From an uncultured Gemmatimonadales bacterium (GTDB lineage: Bacteria > ARS69): a stretch of DNA of 64,000 bases. A program made the position numbers and the translations under genes. Shown here piece after piece: positions 1 to 11,361 of the stretch (the stretch's first letter is position 1; every line of letters begins with the position of its first letter). The notes beneath the pieces are model-generated. The model saw only the letters and a program-made list of their open reading frames with translations, was not told where the DNA came from and did no database searches. The stretch covers positions 93,580 through 157,579 of the forward strand of contig CAVRWY010000018.1 in the NCBI GenBank assembly GCA_963725045.1, given 5' to 3'.

Positions 1-519
1 CTGGATGAACTTGCTCGCCGCGCGATATCCCTGATCGAGATAGATCGCCCCGATCACTCCCTCGTACGAGTCGGCCAGAATCGAGTCCCGATCCCGCCCG
101 CCCATGTCGCTCTCTTCTCCGGAGAGAAGGATGAACTCGCCGAGCCCGTGCTCGCGGCTCACTTCGGAGAGCACTTTGCGGCTCACCAACAGCGACTTCA
201 TCTTGGAGAGCGCGCCCTCCGGGCGATCCGGGAACTGCAGATAGAGGAACTGGCTGACCGACAGGCCAAGCACCGAGTCCCCCAGGAATTCCATGCGCTC
301 GTTCGACGCGTCGCGATTGCGCGAAGTCACGTGCGAGTACGAGCGATGGGTGAGCGCCTGCTCGAGGAGTGAGAGATCCAGGAATCGAATTCCGACTTGC
401 TTCTGGAACTTCTTGAGGAGCCGGACGCGATCGCCCGACGGGCCTTTTCGTGTTCCCGCGACCAGCTTTCCGAATACGGACCAGCCGCGTCGTAGAATCG
501 TGCTCGTGTTATCCGTCAT
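1..519 (-). CDS. rnc: Ribonuclease III (N-terminal part; gene runs off the window edge)
   Basis: Manual translation from ATG at 519: ...[10 protein letters not shown]...[15 protein letters not shown]...[16 protein letters not shown], the RNase III signature; overlaps the fabF stop. Not in the ORF track because it is truncated. Confidence 0.95.
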   Translation of the reverse strand, partial: MTDNTSTILRRGWSVFGKLVAGTRKGPSGDRVRLLKKFQKQVGIRFLDLSLLEQALTHRSYSHVTSRNRDASNERMEFLGDSVLGLSVSQFLYLQFPDRPEGALSKMKSLLVSRKVLSEVSREHGLGEFILLSGEESDMGGRDRDSILADSYEGVIGAIYLDQGYRAASKFIQ

Positions 520-1759
520 GTTTCCTTGTGGCCAATGTCACGTTGTGGCCGCCGAATCCGAAGGAGTTCGAGATCGCGACGTCGACTTTCAAAGACCGCG
601 CCGTGTTGGGCACGTAGTCGAGGTCGCACTCCGGATCCGGTGTCTCGTAGTTGATCGTGGGAGGAATCTTCCCCTCTCGATGGGTCAGGGCGAGGATCAC
701 GAACTCGATGCCCCCCGCCGCGCCCAGAAGATGCCCCGTCATGGACTTCGTCGAGCTGACCGCGAGCTTCTTGGAATGCTCTCCGAAGACGCGCTTGATC
801 GCCATCGTCTCGAAGCGATCGTTCAACGGCGTCGACGTTCCGTGCGCGTTCACGTAGTCGACGTCGCCGGGACCGATGCCCGCGTCCTTCATGACCGCGG
901 TCATCGCTCGTCCCGCGCCTTCGTGCTCGGGGGAAGGCGCTGTCATGTGGTAGGCGTCGGAGGTGACGCCGTACCCCACCACTTCGCAATCGATCCGCGC
1001 ACCGCGACGCAGCGCATGCTCCCGTTCTTCGAGCACCACCACCCCCGCGCCTTCGCCGATGACGAACCCGTCCCGATCTTTCTCGAAGGGACGGCTCGCT
1101 CCTTGCGGATTTTCGTTGCGAGTGGAAAGCGCGCGCATGGAGCCGAACCCGCCGACCGAAATCGGACTGATCGGCGCTTCCGCGCCCCCCGCGATCATCA
1201 CGTCGGCATCGCCGTACTGGATGATGCGGAACGCGTCGCCGATGGCGTTCGCTCCCGAAGCGCACGCGGTGACCGTCGCATTCGACGGTCCCTTCGCGCC
1301 GAAGCGCATACTCACGAGCCCCGTGGCCATGTTCACGATCATCATGGGCACGAAGAACGGGCTCACGCGCCCCGGGCCCTTTTCCATGATCACCGTGTGC
1401 TGGTCTTCCAGCGTCTGGATTCCGCCGATTCCCGAGCCGATCAGAACCCCGGCCCGCTCCCCGACGCGGGCGACGTCGAGCCCGGAATCCTTCACCGCCA
1501 TCGTCGCCGCCGCCAGCGCGAACTGCGAGAAGCGGTCCATCTTCTTGACTTCCTTCTTCTCGCCGTACTGCGTCGGATCGAAGCCTTTGACTTCGGCCGC
1601 GAACCGCACGTCGTGCCGGGACGCGTCGAACAACGTGATCGGCCCCGCTCCGGACACGCCGGCCAAGGCGTTCGTCCAGAACTCGTCCGCGGACTTGCCG
1701 ATCGGTGTGATGGCTCCGAGGCCGGTGACGACGACTCGCCTTCGAAGAGACGTGGCCAT
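509..1759 (-). CDS. fabF: 3-oxoacyl-ACP synthase II
   Basis: RRVVVTGLG, catalytic [33 protein letters not shown]; fab cluster context. Confidence 0.97.
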   Translation of the reverse strand: MATSLRRRVVVTGLGAITPIGKSADEFWTNALAGVSGAGPITLFDASRHDVRFAAEVKGFDPTQYGEKKEVKKMDRFSQFALAAATMAVKDSGLDVARVGERAGVLIGSGIGGIQTLEDQHTVIMEKGPGRVSPFFVPMMIVNMATGLVSMRFGAKGPSNATVTACASGANAIGDAFRIIQYGDADVMIAGGAEAPISPISVGGFGSMRALSTRNENPQGASRPFEKDRDGFVIGEGAGVVVLEEREHALRRGARIDCEVVGYGVTSDAYHMTAPSPEHEGAGRAMTAVMKDAGIGPGDVDYVNAHGTSTPLNDRFETMAIKRVFGEHSKKLAVSSTKSMTGHLLGAAGGIEFVILALTHREGKIPPTINYETPDPECDLDYVPNTARSLKVDVAISNSFGFGGHNVTLATRKHDG

Positions 1760-1771
1760 AAACCGCCTGGC

Positions 1772-2020
1772 CTAGTTCGCCGTCCCGACGTGCTTGTCGA
1801 GATACTCGACGGCGTCCTTCACCGTCTTGATCTTGTCCGCATCTTCGTCGGGGATCTCGATGTCGAACTCCTCTTCGAGAGCCATCACCAGCTCGATCGT
1901 CGCGAGCGAGTCGGCACCGAGGTCTTCGATGAACTTCGCGTCGTCGGTCACCTGGTGCGACTCGACCTCGAGCTGCTCCATGATGATCTCGCGGACCCGA
2001 TTGAAATGACGAGAATCCAT
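1772..2020 (-). CDS. acpP: Acyl carrier protein
   Basis: [13 protein letters not shown]...[35 protein letters not shown]; AGGAG upstream; between fabG and fabF. Confidence 0.95.
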   Translation of the reverse strand: MDSRHFNRVREIIMEQLEVESHQVTDDAKFIEDLGADSLATIELVMALEEEFDIEIPDEDADKIKTVKDAVEYLDKHVGTAN

Positions 2021-2058
2021 TCTTTCATGCTCCTGGTTTTCGCGGCGGGTGCCGGAAC

Positions 2059-2793
2059 TCACATCACCATCCCGCCGTCCACGGTGATGACTTGGCCCGT
2101 GACGTACGACGACTCCGGTGAGACGAGGAACGAAACGATCCCCGCGACGTCGTCGGGGGATCCGAAGCGTCCGAGCGGGATAATTCCCAAAAGACTCGCC
2201 TTCACCGCATCCGGCAACCCCTGGGTCATCGAGGTCTCGATATACCCCGGGGCCACCGCGTTGACGAGGATGTTCCGCGAGGACAGCTCCCTCGCGAGGC
2301 TCTTCGTGAAGCCGATGATCCCCGCCTTCGAGGCGGCGTAATTCGCCTGCCCTTCGTTGCCCCGGATCCCGATCACCGACGAGATGTTGATGATCCGGCC
2401 GGAGCGCTTCTTCATCATGAGCTTGGCGGCAGCCTTGGAAAAGTGGAAAACACCTTTCAAGTTCGTCGCCAGCACCTGGTCGAAATCCTCTTCGTCCATC
2501 CGCAGAAGGAGCTTGTCGCGGGTGATCCCGGCGTTGTTGACCAGGACGTCGAGCCCCCCCAGCTCCTCCGCCGTGCGGGTGACCGCCGCCTGGACCTCGG
2601 CGCCCCGGGTCACATCCGCCCCGATGGCCAGCGCCCGGCGCCCCGCTCCCTCGACGGCCAGCACGGTCTGGGCGACCGACTCCGCGCTGCGCCCCACGCA
2701 GGCCACGTCGAACCCGTCTTTCGCGAGCCGGACGGCGATGGCCGCCCCGATGTTCTTCGCGGCGCCGGTGACCAGCGCGCACCCCCGGCTCAT
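2059..2793 (-). CDS. fabG: 3-oxoacyl-ACP reductase
   Basis: [32 protein letters not shown]; ATG overlaps the fabD stop. Confidence 0.96.
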   Translation of the reverse strand: MSRGCALVTGAAKNIGAAIAVRLAKDGFDVACVGRSAESVAQTVLAVEGAGRRALAIGADVTRGAEVQAAVTRTAEELGGLDVLVNNAGITRDKLLLRMDEEDFDQVLATNLKGVFHFSKAAAKLMMKKRSGRIINISSVIGIRGNEGQANYAASKAGIIGFTKSLARELSSRNILVNAVAPGYIETSMTQGLPDAVKASLLGIIPLGRFGSPDDVAGIVSFLVSPESSYVTGQVITVDGGMVM

Positions 2794-3728
2794 GCCACCC
2801 CTCCCGGCGTCGCGGCGCGCCAGGTCTCGATCGACTCCGCGCTCCCGATCGACTGGCAGACGGCCGACTTGTCGATCTGGCGCAGCAGCCCCTTCAGCAC
2901 CGCCCCCGCTCCCACCTCGACGAACTCGCAGTCTTCGGCGATCAAGAAGCGCATCGACTCCTCCCAGCGGACGGGGGACGTCATCTGCTCCCCCAAGAGC
3001 GCGCGGATCTCCGCCGCCCCGGTCACGGGATGCGCGGTCGCGTTCGCGATCACGGGAACGCGCGCAGCGGCGATGGGAAGATCGCGCAGGAACTCTTCGA
3101 GCTCGGCGCGCGCGTCCGACATGAGGGACGAATGGAATGCGCCCGACACGTTCAATTTCATCGCGCGCTTGGCGCCGCGCTCCGTAGCGAGCTCCACCGC
3201 GCGGTCTACCCCGGCGGTCTCGCCGGAGATGACCACTTGCCCCGGCGAATTCAGATTCGCGGGCTGCACCGATCCCGCGGCGCTCGCGTCCGCGCAGATC
3301 GCTTCGACCTGGGCGAGCCCGAGCCCCAAGATCGCGGCCATCGCTCCCGGCCGCTTCACTCCCGATTCCCACATGAGCATGCCGCGCTTGCGCACGGCGC
3401 GCACGCCGTCGGCGAAGGTGAGCGCGCCGGCGACGGCCAGTGCGGAGTACTCGCCAAGCGAATGGCCGGCGACGAAGTCGGGGCGCAGCGCATCCTTCAC
3501 CACTGCCCACGCGGCGAGACTCTTCACGTAGAGCGCCGGCTGCGTCGTGTGCGTCTTGCGCAGCTCCTCTTCCGGTCCTTCCGTGCAGATTTGTAAGAGG
3601 TCGAAACCGAGAATCTCGCCGGCCTCGTCGAAGCGAGCGCGCGCCTCGGGAAAGCGTTCGCACAGGGACTTGCCCATCCCGACATACTGCGAGCCCTGCC
3701 CGGGGAAGAGAAGCGCGGTTTTCGCCAT
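2790..3728 (-). CDS. fabD: Malonyl-CoA:ACP transacylase
   Basis: [24 protein letters not shown] motifs. Confidence 0.97.
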   Translation of the reverse strand: MAKTALLFPGQGSQYVGMGKSLCERFPEARARFDEAGEILGFDLLQICTEGPEEELRKTHTTQPALYVKSLAAWAVVKDALRPDFVAGHSLGEYSALAVAGALTFADGVRAVRKRGMLMWESGVKRPGAMAAILGLGLAQVEAICADASAAGSVQPANLNSPGQVVISGETAGVDRAVELATERGAKRAMKLNVSGAFHSSLMSDARAELEEFLRDLPIAAARVPVIANATAHPVTGAAEIRALLGEQMTSPVRWEESMRFLIAEDCEFVEVGAGAVLKGLLRQIDKSAVCQSIGSAESIETWRAATPGGVA

Positions 3729-3741
3729 GACTTCTTCGCTC

Positions 3742-4740
3742 CTAGAACCGCATCACGATAGCGCCCCAGGTGAACCCAGCTCCGAACGCCACCGCGGCGA
3801 CCAGGTGTCCCTCGCGCAGCACGCCTGTCCTGCGTGCTTCGTCGAGCGCGATGGGGATGGATGCCGCCGAGGTGTTCCCGTACCGGTCCACGTTCACGAA
3901 GACTTTCTCCATCGGGAATCCCAAGCGCTTCGCGGTCGCCTCGATGATGCGCACGTTCGCTTGATGCGGAACGAACAGATCGATGTCCTCGGGACGAACC
4001 CCGGCGTCGTCGAGACACTTGAGGATCGCGTCGGTCATCGAGTTCACCGCGGACTTGAACACGTTGTTGCCGTTCATCTTCACGAAGTGCAGGCCGCGAT
4101 CGACGGTGTCGTGCGTGGTGGGGTACAGCGAGCCTCCTCCTGGAAGCATCAGCATTTCACCCTGCGATCCGTCGGAGTACATGCGCGAAGCCAGGATGCC
4201 CTTGCCGCTCGGGACGCGCTTCACGACCGCGGCGCCCGCACCGTCTCCGAAGAGCACGCAGGTGGAGCGGTCGGTGAAGTCCAGGATCTTGGTGAGCGTC
4301 TCCGCGCCGATCACGAGCGCGTTCTCGCTCGTTCCGTTGGAGATCATTCCGGCGGCGACGTTCAAGCCGTAGATGAATCCCGAGCAGGCCGCCGCCAGAT
4401 CGAACGCCGCGGCGTTGGCAGCGCCGATGTCGCGCTGCACCAGGCACGCAGTCGAGGGGAACAGCATGTCCGGAGTCGCCGTGCCCACGATAATGAGATC
4501 CACATCCGCCGGCGCGACTCCCGCGTCCTCGAGCGCGCGCAGCGCCGCGCGGCTCGCCAGCGTCGAGGTCGTGGTGGCGGCGTCGGCGATGCGGCGCGTG
4601 CGGATTCCGGTGCGCTCGACGATCCACTCGTCGGTGGTGTCGACGAGCTTCTCCAAGTCGGCGTTGGTGAGCAGGCCCTCCGGCGCGTCGGAACCGATTC
4701 CGACGATGCCGATGGCCGGGTCAGCCGGAAACTTCGCCAA
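3742..4740 (-). CDS. fabH: 3-oxoacyl-ACP synthase III
   Basis: ERTGIRTRR, AACSGF, FGDGAGA, HQAN, GNTSAAS, FGAGFTW. Confidence 0.97.
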   Translation of the reverse strand: MAKFPADPAIGIVGIGSDAPEGLLTNADLEKLVDTTDEWIVERTGIRTRRIADAATTTSTLASRAALRALEDAGVAPADVDLIIVGTATPDMLFPSTACLVQRDIGAANAAAFDLAAACSGFIYGLNVAAGMISNGTSENALVIGAETLTKILDFTDRSTCVLFGDGAGAAVVKRVPSGKGILASRMYSDGSQGEMLMLPGGGSLYPTTHDTVDRGLHFVKMNGNNVFKSAVNSMTDAILKCLDDAGVRPEDIDLFVPHQANVRIIEATAKRLGFPMEKVFVNVDRYGNTSAASIPIALDEARRTGVLREGHLVAAVAFGAGFTWGAIVMRF

Positions 4741-5740
4741 GAGAGAGCCCTTGCAGCTCGGTTTCGATATGTTCGTTGATGCGCTCGCGCGCGTAGCGCG
4801 CGGCGACGAAGATCGCGTTCTTGATCGCTTTCGGCGACGAGCTGCCGTGCGCGATGATCACCGCTCCGTCCACGCCCAAGAGAGGTGCGCCGCCGTACTC
4901 GGCGTAGTCCAAGGTCATGAACATGCGCTTGAGCATGGGCTTCATGAGCGCCGCGCCGATCTTTCCCTGAAAGCTGGAGGTGACCAGCTCGCGGAACAAC
5001 GACGTGATGAGATGGACCACGGACTCCGAGAACTTGAGCACGACGTTCCCCACGAAGCCGTCACAGACGACCACGTCGACGCCGCCTTTGAAGATGTCCC
5101 GTCCTTCGACGTTGCCGATGAACTTGAGATGGCTCGACTCCAAGAGTGGGTACGTATTGCGCACCACTTCGTTGCCCTTGTTGTTCTCTTCTCCGATATT
5201 GAGGAGCCCCACCTTGGGCTCGCTCCGTCCAAGCACTTTGCGCGCATAGATCTCACCCATGATCCCGAACTGCACCAAGTGTTGCGGTGTGCAGTCGGAG
5301 TTCGCGCCGACGTCGAGGAGAACCGCGCCGCCGGAAGGAGTGGGAACCGTGGTGGCGATCGCCGGCCGGCGAACTCCGGGAAGCCGGCCGAGCACGAGGA
5401 GCGATGAAGCGACGACCGCGCCGGTGTTCCCGGCGGAAACGAGGCCGTCGGCGTGCCCCTCCTTGAGATAGCGCGTCGCCACGGCGATGGACGCGTCGCG
5501 CTTGCGGCGAACCTGCCGCGCGGGATCCTCCCCCATCTCGATGCGCTCCGTGGCGTGGAGCAGATGAATTCTCTTCTCCTCGAGCGCGTGATGCTTCGCC
5601 AGCTCGGTCTTGATGCGACTTTCGTCGCCGACGAGGATGACTTCGATGTCCTCGCCCGCGCTCCTCACGGCCTGGAGTGCACCTTCCACCTCGACGGCCG
5701 GCGCTTTGTCACCGCCCATCGCGTCGACGATGATTCTCAT
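4721..5740 (-). CDS. plsX: Phosphate acyltransferase PlsX
   Basis: MRIIVDAMGGD, SAGNTGA, DVGAN, NIGEE, CDGFVGN, HGSS. Confidence 0.97.
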   Translation of the reverse strand: MRIIVDAMGGDKAPAVEVEGALQAVRSAGEDIEVILVGDESRIKTELAKHHALEEKRIHLLHATERIEMGEDPARQVRRKRDASIAVATRYLKEGHADGLVSAGNTGAVVASSLLVLGRLPGVRRPAIATTVPTPSGGAVLLDVGANSDCTPQHLVQFGIMGEIYARKVLGRSEPKVGLLNIGEENNKGNEVVRNTYPLLESSHLKFIGNVEGRDIFKGGVDVVVCDGFVGNVVLKFSESVVHLITSLFRELVTSSFQGKIGAALMKPMLKRMFMTLDYAEYGGAPLLGVDGAVIIAHGSSSPKAIKNAIFVAARYARERINEHIETELQGLSLGEVSG

Positions 5741-5770
5741 CGACCCCCGTCCCGTTCCCCGCGCGCCGTT

Positions 5771-5956
5771 TTAAACGTCGTCTTTCCCCGCCATCACTTT
5801 GCGCGTCCCGTACTGACCGCAGTGCAGGCAAACGCGATGCGGTCGCTTCACCTGGGCGCATTCGGGACAGAGATTGCGTGTGGGCACGTCGAGCGCGTGA
5901 TGCGAGCGACGCTTGAGCTTTCGCGTTTTCGAGATTCGATATTTGGGCAGAGCCAT
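5771..5956 (-). CDS. rpmF: 50S ribosomal protein L32 (zinc-ribbon type)
   Basis: MALPKYRISKTRKLKRRSH...CPEC...HRVCLHCGQY; canonical yceD-rpmF-plsX synteny. Confidence 0.95.
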   Translation of the reverse strand: MALPKYRISKTRKLKRRSHHALDVPTRNLCPECAQVKRPHRVCLHCGQYGTRKVMAGKDDV

Positions 5957-5965
5957 GGAACGTCA

Positions 5966-6550
5966 TCACTCCTGATCGTTCGTAGGAAAAGAGAGACCAC
6001 GAAGCGCGTCCCACCGGGAATCCCCGGCTGCCGGGTCGCAGTTGCATGGCTCTTGATTCCGATTCGCGCCGCATCGAGGACAGAGTCCCCGACATTCCTC
6101 CCGGCACACGTTCTTGATCGGGAAATCGAGGAGAACGGCTTCGCGCAGCGTCTCCGTGAGATCGAGGACCGCCGTGCCGGCCGGAAGCCGAAGGACCGGC
6201 TCGTCGCCGTCCGTCTCGGATTCCGCAGGCGGATCCTCCGACCCGCGCGATTCCCCATCCCCGATCGTGAAATCCAGCTCGAGCTCGGTCTCCACCGGGC
6301 GGTCGAACCGGATCAGGCACCGGTCACAAACGGACTCGAGAGTCCCTTGAAGGGCTCCGCGAAGCTGGAAAATCGCCTCGCTCCGGGTGAGCGTCCCCGA
6401 AATGCGGGCGTCGCGCAGCACGGAATCCGGCTCGCTTTCGACCTGTAGAACCGCGCCGGGAGCATCCACTCGAAAAGAGTGCGCCCCGTCGGCGAGCCCT
6501 CTCAGGTCGATCGTGACCGAGCCGGCGGCAACATTAGGTTTCACGGTCAT
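5966..6550 (-). CDS. yceD: YceD/DUF177 family protein
   Basis: CDRCL motif, CREECRGLCPRCGANRN and DSRWDALRGL; immediately upstream of rpmF. Start uncertain (6550 or 6559). Confidence 0.9.
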   Translation of the reverse strand: MTVKPNVAAGSVTIDLRGLADGAHSFRVDAPGAVLQVESEPDSVLRDARISGTLTRSEAIFQLRGALQGTLESVCDRCLIRFDRPVETELELDFTIGDGESRGSEDPPAESETDGDEPVLRLPAGTAVLDLTETLREAVLLDFPIKNVCREECRGLCPRCGANRNQEPCNCDPAAGDSRWDALRGLSFPTNDQE

Positions 6551-6691
6551 CGGTGTCAAATCGGAAGTCCGTGGGTTGGTGCTCCGGGATGGCCTCCCGG
6601 TGGATCCGCTCGGGGTTCCCCGCCGTCCGCCGCCGCTCCTCGGCGCCGAGGCCCGGGCCCCGGTCGCCGGACCACGATGGCCTTCGAGGCC

Positions 6692-7121
6692 CTAGGAAAC
6701 CAGGGCCTGGATCTCCGGGAAGAAGTGGGCGATCTCCTTGACGGCCGACTCCCCGGAGTCCGACGCGTGGACCGCATTGTTCTGCACGTCCGAGGCATAG
6801 AGCTTCCGGACGGTGCCCTCCGCCGCCTGCGCCGGGTTCGTGGCCCCGATGAATTCGCGCAGCCCCAAGATCGCGTTTTCCCGCTCCAGGACCATGGGGA
6901 TGCAGGGTCCCGAGGTCATGAACGCCACCAGGTCTCCGTAGAACGGGCGTTCCTTGTGGACCTCGTAGAAGCGCTTGGCCGATGTGTCGCGGAGGTGCTC
7001 CATCCGCATCGCGACCACGCGAAAGCCGCCCGATTCCTTCCAGCATCGCCAAGATGTTCCCGGCGTTTCCGGCCCGCACCGCGTCCGGCTTGATGATCAA
7101 GAGCGTTCGTTCGACGGCCAT
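6692..7121 (-). CDS. ndk: Nucleoside diphosphate kinase (frameshift near 7035, probably sequence error)
   Basis: N-terminus MAVERTLLIIKPDAV in one frame; FYEVHKERPFYGDLVAFMTSGP...NAVHASDS in another. A single-base correction joins them. Confidence 0.92.
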
Positions 7122-7171
7122 GCATTCCTCCGTGAATTGAAGTGTCTCGCTTGTTTGCGCGCGATTGCGGC

Positions 7172-8044
7172 TCAGACGGCGGCCAGCGTTCGCACCATGC
7201 GTCCGATCTCGGTGGGAGTCGGGGCGACGCGCACACCCGCTCGAGTGAGCGCCTCCACCTTGTCTTCCGCACGCCCGCTTCCTCCGGAGACGATCGCTCC
7301 GGCGTGTCCCATGCGGCGCCCCGGCGGTGCGGACGAACCGGCGATGAAGCCGACCACCGGCTTGGTGACGTGCTTCTCGATGAACTCCGCGGCGACTTCT
7401 TCGTCGGAGCCGCCGATCTCTCCGATCATCACGATGTATTCCGTCGCCGGATCCTTCTCGAACAACTCGAGCACGTCGACGAACTTCGTTCCGATCACCG
7501 GATCTCCGCCGATGCCGACGCAGGTCGACTGTCCGATGCCGGCACGGGTGAGCTGGTCCACGACTTCATAGGTGAGCGTTCCGCTTCGCGAGACGACGCC
7601 GACCGGCCCTGGCTTGTGAATGTGCCCCGGCATGATTCCCATTTTGCACTCGCCGGGAGTGATCGCGCCCGGGCAGTTCGGGCCCAGAAGCCGCGTCGGC
7701 GAGCCTTCGATCTCCGCCCACACCTTCAGCATGTCCTGCACGGGAATGCCTTCGGTGATCGCGGCGACGAACGGAATTCCCGCGCGTGCCGCTTCCAGGA
7801 TCGCGTTCGCCGCGAATGCGGGAGGAACGTAGATCACGGTGGCGTTTGCGCCGGTGGTGCGCACCGCTTCCGCGACCGTGTCGAACACGGGGACGCCCTC
7901 GACGACTTGCCCGCCCTTTCCCGGCGTGACCCCGCCGACGACCTTCGTTCCGTACTCGATCATCTTCTTCGTGTGGAACGAGCCGTCCCGCCCGGTGATT
8001 CCCTGGACGAGAAGCCGTGTGTTCCGATCGACCAGAATGCCCAT
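7172..8044 (-). CDS. sucD: Succinyl-CoA synthetase alpha subunit
   Basis: [43 protein letters not shown]. Confidence 0.97.
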   Translation of the reverse strand: MGILVDRNTRLLVQGITGRDGSFHTKKMIEYGTKVVGGVTPGKGGQVVEGVPVFDTVAEAVRTTGANATVIYVPPAFAANAILEAARAGIPFVAAITEGIPVQDMLKVWAEIEGSPTRLLGPNCPGAITPGECKMGIMPGHIHKPGPVGVVSRSGTLTYEVVDQLTRAGIGQSTCVGIGGDPVIGTKFVDVLELFEKDPATEYIVMIGEIGGSDEEVAAEFIEKHVTKPVVGFIAGSSAPPGRRMGHAGAIVSGGSGRAEDKVEALTRAGVRVAPTPTEIGRMVRTLAAV

Positions 8045-8111
8045 CGAACGATTCCTTCCTTCGCCGGATCCCGACGCCGGCGCAGATGCGCGCCGAGTTT
8101 TTCGCCGCGCT

Positions 8112-9269
8112 CTACGCCGATTCGATCTTGCTCTTGAGCGCTTGGCGGATGCCCTGCTGAACGACTTCGTCCATGGTGACCGCGGGGATCACGTCGATTC
8201 CCGAGTCCGCGAGGATCTGGCGGGCTTCCTCTTCGTTGGTGCCGGTCAGGCGGACGACGATGGGGTGCTCGATCTTCCCCTTCTTCACCGCCTCGACGAT
8301 GCCGCGCGCCACGTCGTCGCAGCGAGTGATTCCGCCGAAGATGTTGAAGACGATCGCGCGGACGTTCTTGTCCGCGGTGATGATCTTCATGGCGTGGAGC
8401 ACCTTCTCCGGAGACGAGCTGCCGCCGATGTCCAAGAAATTGGCGGGCTCGCCGCCGTAGTACTTGATGAGATCCATGGTGGCCATCGCCAGTCCCGCAC
8501 CGTTCACGACGCAGCCCACCGATCCATCCAGCTTGACGTAAGAGAGCCCCTTCTCCCGGGCCAGCTTCTCCCACTTGGTCTCCGAATCGGGATCGCGCAT
8601 CGCTTCCAGCTCCGGATGGCGGAACAGCGCGTTGTCGTCGAGCACCACCTTGGCGTCGAGGGCCACGACCTTTCCCGCGCCATCGACGACCAGCGGGTTG
8701 ATCTCCACCAGCGACGCATCCGTTTCGCGCGCGAGCTTCTCCATCGCCAGGAGAATCGCGGCGGCCTGCGAGGCGATCGCCGGATCGGCGTAGACCTTCC
8801 CCGCGATCGCCCGTGCCTCCTCTTCCGTGAGCCCGGTGCGCGGGTCGATCGCGTGGCGCACGATCTTGTCCGGCGTCTTCGCGGCGACCTCTTCGATGTC
8901 GATCCCGCCCGCCGCCGACGCGATCACGATCGACCGGCGCAGCACGCGATCGAGAGTGACCCCGAAGTACGCTTCGGACTTGATCGTGGCCGCCTTGGTG
9001 ACCAGCACCTTGCGCACCGGCAGATCCTTGATGCGCAGCTTCAAGATCTTCTCGGCGACCTGCGCCGCTTGATCGGGATCGTCGGCGAGCTTCACTCCGC
9101 CGGCTTTGCCGCGACCGCCGGCGTGCACTTGCGCTTTCACCACCACGCCGCCGCCGATCGTTTTCGCGGCGGAGCGCGCCTCCTCCGCAGTCGACGCGAC
9201 GATTCCCGCGGGGACGGGAATTCCCGCCCGAGCGAGAAGCTCCTTCCCTTGATACTCGTGCAGATTCAT
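8112..9269 (-). CDS. sucC: Succinyl-CoA synthetase beta subunit
   Basis: [49 protein letters not shown]. Confidence 0.97.
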   Translation of the reverse strand: MNLHEYQGKELLARAGIPVPAGIVASTAEEARSAAKTIGGGVVVKAQVHAGGRGKAGGVKLADDPDQAAQVAEKILKLRIKDLPVRKVLVTKAATIKSEAYFGVTLDRVLRRSIVIASAAGGIDIEEVAAKTPDKIVRHAIDPRTGLTEEEARAIAGKVYADPAIASQAAAILLAMEKLARETDASLVEINPLVVDGAGKVVALDAKVVLDDNALFRHPELEAMRDPDSETKWEKLAREKGLSYVKLDGSVGCVVNGAGLAMATMDLIKYYGGEPANFLDIGGSSSPEKVLHAMKIITADKNVRAIVFNIFGGITRCDDVARGIVEAVKKGKIEHPIVVRLTGTNEEEARQILADSGIDVIPAVTMDEVVQQGIRQALKSKIESA

Positions 9270-9808
9270 CGACGAGCCTTTCTCTGGCGTGTTCGGGATG
9301 CGGCCCGCGCAGAGCGCGCCGGCTTCCCGTAGCGATCCAGCACCGTTTGGATGATGCCGCGGGTGCTCCGTCCGGGAGCGAGACGCACGCGCACCACGCG
9401 CCCGCCGGCGCGCTCCACCGTGTCGCGCCCGACGATCTCGCCGAGCGCCCAATCTCCGCCCTTCACCAAGATGTCGGGCACGAGCGCGTCGATGAGCCGG
9501 CCAGGCGTGTCCTCGCCGAACACCACCACGCGGTCCACCATCTCGAGTGCCCCCAAGATCTCCGCGCGGTCCGCCGCCTTCACCAGCGGGCGCCCGCTGC
9601 CCTTGAGGCGGCGCACCGAAGCGTCGCTGTTGAGCCCGACGACCAGCGCGTCTCCTTCGGAGCGCGCGCGCCGCAGCATCTCCACATGTCCGCGATGCAG
9701 CACGTCGAAGCAGCCGTTGGTGAACACGACGCGCCGCTTCTTCTTCTTCATCTGCTTGCGCCAGGCGAGAAGCGCCGGACGCGCGACGAACTTGGATCCG
9801 CGCTTCAC
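9266..9808 (-). CDS. rfaE2: D-glycero-beta-D-manno-heptose 1-phosphate adenylyltransferase (HldC/RfaE domain II)
   Basis: [30 protein letters not shown]; GTG start overlaps the rfaE1 stop. Confidence 0.92.
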   Translation of the reverse strand: MKRGSKFVARPALLAWRKQMKKKKRRVVFTNGCFDVLHRGHVEMLRRARSEGDALVVGLNSDASVRRLKGSGRPLVKAADRAEILGALEMVDRVVVFGEDTPGRLIDALVPDILVKGGDWALGEIVGRDTVERAGGRVVRVRLAPGRSTRGIIQTVLDRYGKPARSARAASRTRQRKARR

Positions 9809-10818
9809 GAGCGCTCTCCCGGAAATCCCGCGGCAACCTGGGCTTCCAGCTCGTGCCGATCCACCGACGCCGTGCCCATCTTCCCGACGACGACCGCAGC
9901 GGCCGCATTGGACAACACGGCGGCTTGCTCCCACGTCGCCCCGGACACGCGCGCCAGCGTGAGCGCGGCGATCACCGTGTCGCCGGCGCCGGTCACGTCG
10001 TAGACCTCGCGCGCCATCACGGGAATGTGAGTCGTGGGGAGTCCCTTGCGAAACAGCGACATCCCTTCCGGACCGCGGGTGATGAGCACACCCTCGCACT
10101 CTAAATCGGCGAGGAGCTTGCGCCCCGCCGCTTCCAGAGAGTCGGCGTCGCGAATGGGGATGTGCACCGCACCCGACGCCTCGGGAAGATTCGGAGTCAC
10201 CACGGAGACGTGGCGATACTGCGAGAAGTGCGACTCCTTGGGATCGACGGAGACGAACAGCGATCGCGATTTCGCCTTCCGCGCGAGATCTTCCATGAAG
10301 TCGAGATCGACGACTCCTTTGCCGTAATCGGAAACCACGACTCCCTGCACCTGATCCATGCACTCGTGCAGGCGCCGGCGCAGAGCATCACGGGCGGCGC
10401 CATCCAAAGGATCGCTGCGCTCCCGGTCCACCCGCACCACCTGCTGCCGCGACGCCATGATGCGGCTCTTTAAAGTCGTGGGCCGAGCGCCGTCTTGGAT
10501 CAGATCGTCCGTGCCGATGCGCTGCTCCCGCAGGAGATCCGCGAGCCGCCCGGCCAGCGCGTCCTTTCCGGTCACCGCGAGCAATCGCACGCGCCCGCCC
10601 AAGGAGACGATGTTCCTGGCGACGTTCGCGGCACCCCCCAGACGCAGGGTCTCGCGCAGGACTTGCACGACCGGGACGGGTGCCTCGGGGGAAATGCGCC
10701 CGGTCTCTCCCCAGATGTACTCGTCGAGCATGACGTCGCCCACGACGAGGATCTCGCGCTCGGGGAAACGGGCGACGATCGTCCTGGCTTCCTCGACGGT
10801 GAGGAGAGGAGGCGTCAC
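9805..10818 (-). CDS. rfaE1: D-glycero-beta-D-manno-heptose-7-phosphate kinase (HldA/RfaE domain I)
   Basis: VVGDVMLDEY...RISPEAPVPV, GGAANVA, SDYGKG, DVTGAGDTV; GTG start inferred from upstream GAGG. Confidence 0.93.
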   Translation of the reverse strand: MTPPLLTVEEARTIVARFPEREILVVGDVMLDEYIWGETGRISPEAPVPVVQVLRETLRLGGAANVARNIVSLGGRVRLLAVTGKDALAGRLADLLREQRIGTDDLIQDGARPTTLKSRIMASRQQVVRVDRERSDPLDGAARDALRRRLHECMDQVQGVVVSDYGKGVVDLDFMEDLARKAKSRSLFVSVDPKESHFSQYRHVSVVTPNLPEASGAVHIPIRDADSLEAAGRKLLADLECEGVLITRGPEGMSLFRKGLPTTHIPVMAREVYDVTGAGDTVIAALTLARVSGATWEQAAVLSNAAAAVVVGKMGTASVDRHELEAQVAAGFPGERS

Positions 10819-10898
10819 GGAAAGGTCCTCGGCATGGGGCCGGGCGAGAGGAGGAACGATCGACCCAAGTGCGTAAATTTCAACGAGATTGGCCGGGC

Positions 10899-10927
10899 AC
10901 GGTAGCACCTGGGTGGGGCACTGTCAA
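10899..10927 (-). promoter_or_regulatory. Sigma70-type promoter for rfaE1-rfaE2-sucCD
   Basis: Minus strand TTGACA-N17-TACCGT, about 80 bp upstream of the rfaE1 start. Confidence 0.6.
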
Positions 10928-11004
10928 TCGGACCATGATTCCCCGCGAACGCCTGCAGACCGCCGCTTGCTTCGATCTCCCGGCGCGGATACGCTGCCGC
11001 TGCC

Positions 11005-11361
11005 ATGACCCAGCGTCCCCCGAATCCGCCGGCCCCCGTCGCCGGCCCCCAGATTCCGATCGAGCTCCCCGACTCCGTGGCGGAGGGGCAGTACTCCAAC
11101 CTCATGTTCATCACGCACTCCCCGTCGGAGTTCGTGCTCGATTTCGCGCGCATGCTTCCCGGCGCGCGCAAAGGGATCGTGTACTCGCGCATCATCATGA
11201 CTCCGCAGCACGCCAAGCTCCTGCACGAGCTGCTCGAGCGCAACTTGAAGGCGTACGAGGAACAGCACGGCGCGATCAAGACACCGGGCCGTACGAACCC
11301 CGACCCGCGCATCGGATTCTCCCCCACGCCTCCCGCGGAGCCGAACGCGGCCCGTGACTGA
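11005..11361 (+). CDS. DUF3467 family protein
   Basis: IELPDSVAEGQYSNLMFITHSPSEFVLDF...RIIMTPQHAKLL matches the DUF3467 pattern. Confidence 0.85.
   Translation: MTQRPPNPPAPVAGPQIPIELPDSVAEGQYSNLMFITHSPSEFVLDFARMLPGARKGIVYSRIIMTPQHAKLLHELLERNLKAYEEQHGAIKTPGRTNPDPRIGFSPTPPAEPNAARD

Noticed and set aside
293-2341. Long antisense and alternate-frame ORFs throughout the window (e.g. 293-2341, 17838-20075, 23387-25390, 29165-31456, 30255-33380, 56515-58956, 59141-61228)
   Set aside because: Arg/Ala/Gly/Pro-rich shadows of real genes on the other strand or frame, as expected in high-GC DNA; no motifs.
6560-6690. Structured RNA between ndk and yceD
   Set aside because: Only short GC-rich palindromes expected by chance at this composition; no coherent fold or motif.
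6760-6790. Inactive NDK because of HASDS instead of HGSDS
   Set aside because: The catalytic His and surrounding residues are intact; the substitution alone gives no evidence of lost function.
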